Below are positions 53,158-64,000 of a DNA stretch of 64,000 nt, piece after piece. A model generated the notes under the pieces. That model worked only from the letters and a program-made list of their open reading frames with translations. It made no database searches and had not been told where the DNA came from. Positions within the stretch are counted from its first letter, which is position 1. Each line of letters begins with the position of its first letter. Source of the DNA: Kudoa neothunni (lineage: Eukaryota; Animalia; Cnidaria); the NCBI GenBank assembly GCA_964304625.1, contig OZ199839.1, forward strand, positions 11,066,847 to 11,130,846. Direction: 5' to 3'. The position numbers and the translations under genes are program-made.

Positions 53158-55437
53158 TGAAAGTGGAATGTGTGCTGTTTATTTGATTGTAGTCGGTGTC
53201 AAACTATTGTCAAGGAAACCCCTGTATGAGACAACGCGCTCCAAGTTTAAGCAGTTCCATTACCATTGGATACTAAAAACAACAGTCTTTTTTATTGTTG
53301 GTTTTAATCCGAAAAATATACTCGATATTATGCTTGATATATAAGCTTTAAGCTTATAGAATATAATAATAAACAAAATAGGATGAACCGATTCGGAATA
53401 ACACTAAACGCTCTTCAAATAAAGACCGCATGAAAACAACGAAATATTTAACTTTGTTTGTTTGAAATTACTATTTTAATGGTGTTTAATTATTTCCCAA
53501 GTAAACAATAGCGTAAAGTCGAGTATTAGAAACCACCATACCTAGATCAATTAAGTTCAATCACTTATCATAACCCCTCTCCTTTGGGATTAGCTTAACA
53601 TCTTACTGGTTTAAAAGTACCAGTTTTATACAATATCATGAGGAAAATAAATAGCTAATAGACAATAGTTCGTAACTTTATTAAAAACAATTTATTCTTT
53701 AATCGAAAAAATCTAATTTATAATTGGATTTTCTATAATATTTTAATATATACAAGATTATTAACAAATATGAATTATTTTCTAAATCTAATTATATACG
53801 TTATTAAATTAACTAATGCCACATTTAATCGTTCAAATATAAGATAAACATAATAAAGATGATTTTTTTCTAAATTATAAAATATTTATTTTATTAATAT
53901 TATATGCGAAAAAATTAAAATTGACCATAAGAAACATGAGCATGCGCGACGATAAATTTCGATCCCAAAAAATCTTATTTATAGTTGATATATTAGGTTT
54001 ATTTTTCAGAGTCGCTGTATTTAATTATTAAGAACACATTGCTACCAATCTTGGTGGCCAAAAATAATTAATTACCATTAAAACTACATTCATCTGGATA
54101 TTATGATCCCTTTTAAATTTTCCCCATACAAGGCCTAAATCTAAATCGTTGTGATAATGCATACACAAAAGCATCCTTCCATATTGTGCCCTATACCTTT
54201 ATAGTTTGGAATGATACTTTCTATAACTTTTGTGTATATGTTTTAGAATATTTTCAAAATAACACTCACTTCATCTTTTCTACCAAACATCCATTTAATT
54301 CGTCATTTAATTTGAACCCTATCACAATTTATTTTAAATAGATCTCCATGGAAAAAAATCATTCCATAGTCTCCTAATGCTCTAACATCATGAACTAGCT
54401 TTGGAAGTATAAATGTCAATATGAAAATATTACGTGGAAATATAATTTAATATTAACATTAATAAGAACCAAAAAAATTCAGAATTTTCTCTTTACAAAT
54501 AACGTCTAAACATGAAAATAATAACACTAAAATAGGATTTGATTTATCATCCTTACTGTATATCAACAATGACAATTTTCGAAGTATATAATAACTATTC
54601 TTAAGTTGTGATATTACATGAGCATTATATAGACCCATTTCGCATTCTCCTCCAACCATTCGACGATATTTTTATTTAAAAATAAAGTGGACTGATGGAA
54701 ACCCATTTGTAATTCTATTTCTTATGCTTTCAAAGTATTTTTGGTAATATAGAATAATTAATTTTTGTGAAAATTTAATATTTATTTTTTATTATAACCT
54801 TAATATCTTTACTTTATTGAAAAATATTTTTCGAATATTTAGAGCTTTTATTGTGACAAAATGCAAAAGTTAATTTTAGGTGGATTCTAATATTGTGGTC
54901 AAAAATTAAGTCACAAAAACCATTAAAAGTAACATCTTAACTTTTACATTAAAAATTCTATTTTTTTAGGAAAATAATTAATATGCCGGCAAAATATCAA
55001 TAATTAATTATTTTTATCAGTGTGGCGCATGCGTACATAACGGCGAAATTTACCCATACTAGATACCAGACAAACATACCTGACAAATTCAGTTATTAAA
55101 ATTAAAAACTTTACGTGAACAATAATCTGTTTTTGAATTAATGAGAAATAAGTTTGAGAATATTTAACTAATATTTGTTCGTGGTATTTATTTGCTTATA
55201 AATTTGGGAACATTTTAAAATAAGAACTTATATTTTAATGTTGAATTATAAAATATAAATTTTTGTAACATATATAATCAAAAATAAGCTTAACATAATA
55301 ATAAAAAAGGACCAATTTTAAGCAAGCACTCAGAGAGTAATTCGCAACATGATAAAAAATACGACTCAACAATCTAATTTATACGATATAAAACATTTTG
55401 GGATATATCAATATCCAAATTCAACCATCCAACTGTG

Positions 55438-58400
55438 TTAGGGAGAAGAACTGTAGAGATTATTTTTGGTGGTTGGTGCAGAAGATGAAGTGTTCATTTT
55501 GGGAGTAGTAGAGGTAGTGATATTGACGGAAGTGGAAGAAGTAGGCTCAATTTTGGGTAAGTACTGATTCTTCCAAAACATGAGATCACTAAAATTGTGG
55601 AGTTGGATAGTTTGATCGAGCTGTCTACTAGGTGGTCGTTCTTCCACTTTGGGAAAAATATGATTGACATAGGTAGCCAAAGATTCAAAGCTAAACTCAC
55701 AATTATCTCTAATCTCATCGACAATCACATATACGTAATGGATTGATATTGATTTTGTTCATTTTTTATTTGACCCTTTAGAGGTAGATTAGCAAAAACC
55801 GCATTTTGAAAATTACCTTTTTGTTTATAATGAAAATATGACTATCATTGATACCCATTGTTTTGTAGGCGAGTGCATCCTATTTGAAACATCGCAAAAT
55901 AATATTACATCATAAATGTATAACTGATTATTACATTTGTGCGATTTCCAAATCCGGAATAGAATGGGTTGACTGAATCCGAGAACAGACTTCGAATATC
56001 ATTTAAACAACCAATCTTAAAAATTTCGGGTTTATTTTCAATTATCTCACTACAATATCGGTAGTTATAGTTTCGAATGGATTAGAAGATAAATTACGCA
56101 TGTATTGCTTGGAATAAAGAACTTGGAGATAAAAGAATAGGCCCTTCTGGAAGATGAATTTCGCCGGTGTTTACAGTTTGTATGAAATTGCGGGTAATAT
56201 TAGCCTACAATCACACCCAAATAAATAAGATATTTTCATTGTAAAGAAAAACAATAAGTCATAATAATGTGCTATTGCAAATACTATTCCAATCGTTCGA
56301 GAACTCAGATACACTATTCGATAACCATTGGAACGAATTTGATTGAGCAATTTGGTGACACCTTGATGTACCCATTCTTTTCCTACAAAATACATCACAT
56401 GTCCAAGAACATCTGATTTTGTGATGGTTCCATCTATGTCTGAAATAACAATTTTATCGAGTTTGTTCCAGAGAAAGATTCTGGAATTAATTGTGACAGT
56501 TCCCTAAACCAATAAATGTCTAATAATAGCAATGAACATATATATTAATGAGGTTATTAATTTATTCTGCCGTATTGTAAAATTATCTAAGTCAAATCTA
56601 TATTTGATTAATATTTTGATTTGATATTTACAAATATATTTCTTCAAATAAATGTTTTAATTTTTAAAGAAAAATAAAATCGGTTTGAAGAATATTTAAT
56701 ATGAACTATTTTAAAATAGTACAAAAATTATAAATTAATTTTATAACGTTAGGTTTTGTGCCTACAAAATTTCGAATCCAAAATAAATTTTTAAACAAGT
56801 GAAAATAAACTAGTTGTACGTATAAATAAAAAGTCATTTACCTTTTTAAATTTTGAATAAACATTTGTAGAGTAATCCTCTTTTAAGTTTATTAATCATT
56901 TGATTTTTTAGCATGTAATATTAAAATAGCATAAAAATACCGATCATATAATTAATATTAACACAGAATTCACAAACTGAATACTTCTAAAAAAAGAAAA
57001 CACCTGATTTGGAGTTAAATTGGTGCAAATTATAACGCATGCACACACGACACAATCAATCTGTTGGGCTTACCGATTGAATTTTAAACAATGTATCGAG
57101 AATATATTCGTAAAATATTAAGTAACAACATTTTAAAATTTACAGCAATTTTTTCTAATTATTCGTTTAATTTACGGAGATTATTACTTGATCATTCTAA
57201 ATTTCATTACGCGCATACACAGCGTATATTGTCTATTCGCATTTCGAATTCGTGAGGATTCAAATTAAATCTCAAACTTCCATAAATTATTCATTATTAT
57301 ACGTAGAATAGAATGCTATCAATTTAAAAAATATTTATAATTGTATCCTTATAATATTTTAAAAAAATAAAAAAGGCGCGATACTTCTATGGCATAAATA
57401 GTAGGAGGAAATTACCTGAAATTTGGAAGTCACAGTAAACGATATATCATTAGCACCATCACGAAGGCCCAGTTTGCCAATGTTATCAGATTCCAATTTA
57501 AGGACACGTCTTTTGCATCTGTTGTTATTGATAGGCTTATCATGTTTTATAGCGGAAGCTTCTGCTTCGTCATTCTTTTTGAAATAAGGTTAGAAATCTA
57601 ATTAACGATCGACATATACTCTAATCGAGTTGTTCTCTTTATCGTTATCATCATCGGAAGTTGCTTTTTCGTTTGGTTCGTTTGTGGAATTTCGCCACAT
57701 AAACCATCCTCGCATTTTTTTCTTCTATTAAAATATGGTATCAAACGACTTGAGAAATTTTATTTCGTTTTTACTTTTTTGTACTGTAATTTTAGATCTT
57801 TTATAGATTCCTAATAATTTACATTATTAAAATTTTCCTTATAATTGCCAAAATAATTTAAAGGGGGGTGTTTATAGGCTAAAGAAACTAAACTAATTTT
57901 TAGATAAATATTATGCTTATTATTTATTTATTTTTAAAGTTAACAACATATTTAATTAATAAAATCTAGTATTGTTAGGAGGCGGCCATTATTGATCTTT
58001 ATAAATCTAATTTCCAAGTTGTATACTAGTGGGCATTGTGTAATTTTTGTATCTCAGGCCCCCATTTATACTATAAATATACATTATATCCAATAATCTT
58101 TTACAATTCATTAATTAAACGCTCATATTGACTTATTGAGGGTCTTGGAGAGTTATTTATAGTCAAAATTAGAGGATGACAATTTATATGGATCAAGGAC
58201 ACTTTAGATTTAGAAACGTTCATTTGTATTAAGCCAAAAGACGCAAGGGAAGTTAAAAAAGAATCCGACCTGGCTATTAGGTAATTTTAACTTCAAGCAG
58301 TATTTACTTATGTAAAGATTTAGGTAAATTATTCAATTAGTCGAATAACCTCTATGTGTATTTTTAAGAAAAAAAAATATTCCATGGTTTTGATAAGTCG

Positions 58401-61400
58401 AGGACCCAAAGAAGTTTAACAAAAAAATTAGCAATAATAGAATTTTACAAATAAATAGGAAGAATAAAGGGCGTGAAAATCGGGACCATCAAAAAATTAA
58501 CCCTTTCGTGCCGGATGCCAGATATACGGGACAGCAATTTGTGATTAAATCGGAAACTTACTTAAGCGAGATTTCTTTATGTGATGAATATAAGTATAAT
58601 ATATTAAAGTAGTTGTTTTTTTAATAATAGATTTCATAATTATTAAAAAACATTATATTCATTAAACTAGGCATTTAAAATTGGATCTCCATACCACTGT
58701 ATCATTCAAAAGAATTTTGAGCATAACATATAGAGTTTTCATGATTTACCAAAATAAAAATTTGACATAGTGTGAATAATTAATTTCATTAAATCAATAG
58801 ATTATATAAGCGAATCAGATTCATAATTTTTGAAATAATACAATGTTTAACACGTGCCCATATACCGGACATCCGACACTCTTGGATTGGATTTGGTTTG
58901 ATCACAATGGATCATGACATTAGGACTAATAATGATGAAAATGAAAACGAATTTTCAGAAATCATTGTTCTTTCTGATGCTGACATATCTAAGCCAGATT
59001 CGTATTCTAACAACTCAGTTAAAATTTGCAATTAACATTTGTAATTAATGGTTTTTGGCATAACACAATTAAACGTTTTGGAGGAAATTTAAGCTAGTGA
59101 CAAATACAACATTATTGTAAGGCGTTTTGGGCTAAAAATAGCGTTAGTTCATCTTTTTAACGCTTAGAAAAATTAACTAATAAAGAAAATACTCAAATGA
59201 AATACACAATTTTGACTTCTTTTAATATGAGCGTGCGCCAAGAAACATTTTTAATTTTGTGGTAACTGCTCACCTATTTAAATAGGAGTAATATTTGTAT
59301 AATTTGAAAATTTAAAACAGTAAGGAAGTAAATTATTAGTTTATGAAAATTCTTAAGCACATGAATTAGAAATATTGTATTAGACTGATTATGATCCACT
59401 TTTTGCGCTCAAATAAAACTAATTTTTAATAAACGGTTAGTATTTTAAATAGATAGTGTATTGGTTTTTCATAGGTTTTTTCTAGAAAAAGCAATGACTG
59501 TAAGCCTGGATTATTTAGGTCGTCCTATTGTTATCACTCTCGATGGGAATGAATGATAACTCTAACTAATATTTGTTAACATTTTAATGATTTTATTTCG
59601 AGTATCAGTTATTTCGTATTATTTTGTGCTAACTTGCTTTGAAACATTTGTATTACACAAAGTTTAAAGGCAAAAAATGAGTATTTGAAGAGACCATTCT
59701 CAAAAATTCCCTTTCTTTATGTTCTCAACAATAACAACAATACATAATTTTTCATTCCAAATAGGATCGTTAGCAACAGTTAAATACAAGGGTGCACTAA
59801 TAAGAATACCAATTGTGGAATTTATCTAAAATATTCGAATTTACAATCACCGCAAGTTCGAAAGTTTATTTATTGCATCCATTAGCACAAATCTTCAACA
59901 AAATAGAAGAGTTAATCCCATTAGGTGATCAACCAAAAATAATCAAGTAACAACATTATTTTCATTTTTTATAATTAAAATATCACAATTAAAATTGTGA
60001 GTTAACATATTGATAGTCATAAATGCAGCTGTGTTGATTATTCCTCTTGTTTCTACATTGCGTAGGGATTTCATCATTCCATAAAATAACATTTTTTATA
60101 TACTCCTTTTATTAGATCCAAATAATATTAATTCAAAAAGGTGATTATCTGAGAAATCGACTATTAGTTGATGAAGACGAAATTTGTATATCGAAGCACT
60201 ACAAAGATGATTATGTATCTCATTTAAGAATATGATTATGAACATTTTTCCATATCGTTACTATCCAAAAAAATAATTCTACAGAGGTAGTTACCTCTAT
60301 ATGTTGATGATTTTTGTTACCTTTAAGCTTTCTTTTCTATGGAGAGTCGAAAGAATACAAATATTATTTTGTAGTAAATTAAAGCTTGATTGAAATATTT
60401 TAGAATTTTAGATTGGGAATTTTGTATTTTCCGCAATTCCCTCATTTTTAATTCCAGGAAAAAAGATATTCATAGCGATTAATATGACTTTTTAGTGAGT
60501 TATATAAGTCAGCTTTCAATCCAGGAGAGGATTCCATCGTACAAATGACGCTACAGTGAAAACTTAGATTCCCACACAGGTTACTGTAATCAAGAATTCA
60601 AAACGTGTTTCCTTCTATTGTAGGCATTGACTTTAGATAACGCATTAGCGTAAAATTTAAATTTTTATAAAATTTTTATGTTATTAAAATTAATAATTTA
60701 TCAATACTTGTAGTAATAACACATAGGAAGATAGAATTATGCTCACCGCTATTTAAACGCACACAGTATGCTATTATATTGATTTTAACTATAAAACTAA
60801 ACATTACTTTGAATATATTTACTGAATTCACTATATAGAATGTTCTAATCGATTTCCATGAATAGCGGTGATATGTAATATACTTTGTAGATATGTAATA
60901 ATGGAGATATGAATATAATCAAATATATATATATATATATATATATAACAAATACAATTATTTCATTTCATAAAAACATAGTTAAGCATATTTAAATAGA
61001 TTACATTAGCTGGGCTAGATTATACACATTAGGTACAGTCAGAGGTAATAGGGTGAACGGTTTTATACATAAAACACGAAATTTATAGTCACAATATTAG
61101 AAATTTCGATAGCTCAAATTTTCTCCAAAACAGTTAATTATGTTGGACCAAAAATCATCAATTACAAATGGGAAGTTCAAATTTTATGTGAACATGCCGA
61201 TTTGAAGTTATTCTAACCGTAGCAACAGACAACCCCCACTTGAGGATTATACAGATCCGTAGCAATAGCCAGTGCCAAATAAAAATACTGCTGTTTTTAT
61301 GATTCAATGAAAAAATTATTCAACTATTAATTTACAAAGCACGCATCCAAAGTAATATTATACGAAGTGGCATCTTCTTAGTCCCGTTAAATGACGCCAC

Positions 61401-63197
61401 AGCCAGATCAGACTGTATATTATACGCAAGTGCATATTTCGCCAAAATTTTAAAATTAGAGGTAACTATCGGCTCTCAAAAACTTAATTACTTCTATGCT
61501 CATTAACTGAAACAGTTTTTTACAAATAAATTGTCGAAACCAATTAAATATATGAGTTATAGGGAATAAAAGTATACAGGTCGTTCGCCATACTTCAAAA
61601 TTTAATCGGTTTCACCCAACCAACAGTATACCCCCTCAAATATTTAATACATCACATCCACATAACAATATATCACCTAGGCCAGTGATTTATGCAGAGT
61701 GTGACTTGTTACAACCAACTAAAACAATCAGAGCTATTAATTACTTTTGGGAAATTCTTTTTAAAAATGCACGAAGAAACAATAATTGGAGCAGCCACCA
61801 TCCAGTTGTAGTATCTAGTGGTAAAATAATGAACGGAAATAAATGTGACACAGTACTTTCCATTGATTTCTACAACTACATCCTTGTCGTATAAGATTGT
61901 GGGCTGTGAGGAAAGAGTTTCAAATGTGAGCAATAATTCCTCAAATTTGGCTGAATATTCAAAAAAACCTAAAATCAAAACGATTTTGAAGTTTTGGATC
62001 ATGATTATACCTGGTTTTTTTAGTGCTGTTATTCAACTCTCCACACAACGATATTCGGCAGTCAAATGTGGAAGGGGAAACCAGCCGGATTACTGGTACT
62101 CTTGGAGTCGGGAGAATATGATAAACTAGTGTAGAGAAAAATTGATGAGTGGGCTAAAATATTGAATACATCTCGACATACGTTTGGGTGGAGGTTTTTC
62201 TGAGTCTGTTAGGGCGGGGGTGAGTTAGAAGGGCTTCCATCAATAGCCAACGACGAAATTTTATCAGATAGAAACTACAACGACATAATTACAACAAATT
62301 CATAGTCATGGTTGTAAACCGTAATGTCATTATCGGATGTGAAACTGAGACTATCTTCATCATCCACAACTATAAACACAGTTTATTAAAAATGTATTTA
62401 ATGCCATGATGGACAAATATTAGTGTTGAGAATTACTGTTAGATTGTTGACAGGAAGTCGTTGTGTGGTGAGACTGCAATTTTTGACCTAAAAATATTGA
62501 TGTCAATAGATTGTTGGCTAATAGTGGTAGTGAAAATGATTCCTAAATTTAAAAATACCGTCTTAGGTAGCTCGCCCCATTCCCATTCGGAAACACTTTT
62601 CGAAGGACGACCCGACATATCATCCACTTCTGATTCGCTCATTGCACGCTTTCTGCAGACAACAAATTCAATCACATTGAAAAATACGAAAAATACGAAC
62701 TTTTTATCAGCTACATAGTCGTAAACTTCCGAATCGGACAACACATTAAAGATTTCTTGTTGATTTGGTTGCGCACGTTGGCTTTTAACCTAAAAGAGTT
62801 CATTTCAAATAGATTCTGGTGTGATTTCGACAAATACAGTGGAATCAATGCTGGTGGTTTTCAATTTGTTCACAGTTGCTTGATGCAAACAACTTTTACA
62901 ATCACACTGTTCGTTTGGACGAGGAAAATATGCTTCGCCAGCCCCTCCAAGCTTCATTTTTACATCAACTGGCTTACCATTAACTGTTATGTCAACACGT
63001 CGTTCTTTCGGTTGCAAAACATCATATTTTCCAAATTTCACGTGAAATGGAGACGATTTGTAGGTGATCAGTCGTTCACCGTCAACTATCTGCTCATCCT
63101 TCACCACTACCACATCGATGGCTCCGGTAAGATTGGATGGATTGATTTCATCATAGAAATACTTAAATCCAGTAACAAATTTTCCCAAATAATTCAT
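55438..63197 (-). CDS. LPIN: Lipin / phosphatidate phosphatase (PAH1/LPIN family), multi-exon
   Basis: N-LIP start [45 protein letters not shown]; M-Lip-like [10 protein letters not shown]; GWFMWRN; HAD motif [18 protein letters not shown] (~56400-56455); [22 protein letters not shown] and FSDLMFWK. Many short introns plus larger ones (~56505-57415, ~57810-61600). Confidence 0.93.
58501..58880 (+). mobile_element. piggyBac-like left end inside the large lipin intron
   Basis: TTAA-CCCTTTCGTGCCGGATGCCAGATATACGGG, with an inverted copy of this motif at ~58856-58878. Confidence 0.4.
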
Positions 63198-64000
63198 CCT
63201 GTAGACATGTACGCGAGTCTTTTGACTATAATGATATCGCGCAGTATGTTGACCTCAGATAAGTAGATACGCTGGTTGGATTATTGCTAACTTTAACAGG
63301 TCGTTAGAACTGCAGCTGTGATAACACGGCCTAAATCCTACAATCTATTCTTTATTGTTGATATTGATAGATTCTTTCAATAACAATCGGAAGTGATTGC
63401 ATTTGAAATTGTGACAGTTTTTTAAGAGAATGGTTTGATTGATTTCTTAGCAACACCCTTCCCTACATCCGATCATAAGATCATTCAATTAATTTCTTTA
63501 TATTAAGTATGCTAGTTAATAAACATTAACTATACATATTGAAATATATGATTTATCATTTATTTGATTCAATAAATACGTGTAAATGCCCCTTGGGAGT
63601 AGTTATTTACGAGGGTTAGTAGGGTTGTAATGAGATATTATTTCCAATCAAAAAATTTAATAGTTTTACTCGATTAAGAGTTTGTCAATTAGGCTGAAAT
63701 GAAGCTTTGATTTGAATAGTATGAATTAACCCACTCCTGCTTATTCACAGTTGGTCCCAAAGAATTTTGATTATAAATAACACTTACTGAACTTTATTGT
63801 GTTTGGCAACTAAGTGAAGACATTTTGCTGTCTTAAATATTTATAAATTTATATAGGTTACATAAAATGGTAATAAATTAGGACAACGAGAAATTCTACA
63901 TTATTCATAAAAATAGGTAAGTATGACGATCGAGATTAAGTTATTATTGATACATTCGTTTGTATCCGACGTGAGACCATTAACAAAATAAATTTGTCTT

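Noticed and set aside
59450-60450. Possible coding remnant nested in the large lipin intron
   Set aside because: No continuous frame or motif I could confidently assign.
60923-60948. (AT)n microsatellites (also ~18988, ~39308)
   Set aside because: Ordinary short simple repeats in AT-rich DNA.
1-64000. CRISPR arrays, rRNA/tRNA genes, prokaryotic operons, retrotransposon ORFs
   Set aside because: None seen; spliceosomal introns and eukaryotic TE families indicate a nuclear eukaryotic locus.

Overview
AT-rich eukaryotic (animal-type) genomic DNA with very short GT-AG introns of about 40-45 nt. The compact introns and gene content would fit a reduced parasitic metazoan such as a myxozoan, but that is inference only. 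The left ~47 kb is a tandem array of an unrecognised type-I membrane protein family. It has three full-length copies (~600 aa), one in-frame internally deleted copy and one divergent pseudogene. All share a phase-1 mini-intron inside the signal peptide, a helical ectodomain, an S/T/N-rich stalk and a TM helix; four Cys are conserved except in the deleted copy, and the cytoplasmic tail is near-invariant in the four close copies. The ectodomains are patchwork mosaics of one another between near-identical 5' and 3' anchor sequences, which makes the array a candidate gene-conversion-diversified surface-antigen system. The array is built from segmental duplications (alternating A/B gene types) and packed with nested, mostly decayed DNA transposons: piggyBac, MULE, Merlin, hAT, pogo/Tc1 and Helitron-like. 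The right ~13 kb holds two ordinary minus-strand genes, an Ig/FN3 cell-surface protein and a lipin (phosphatidate phosphatase).
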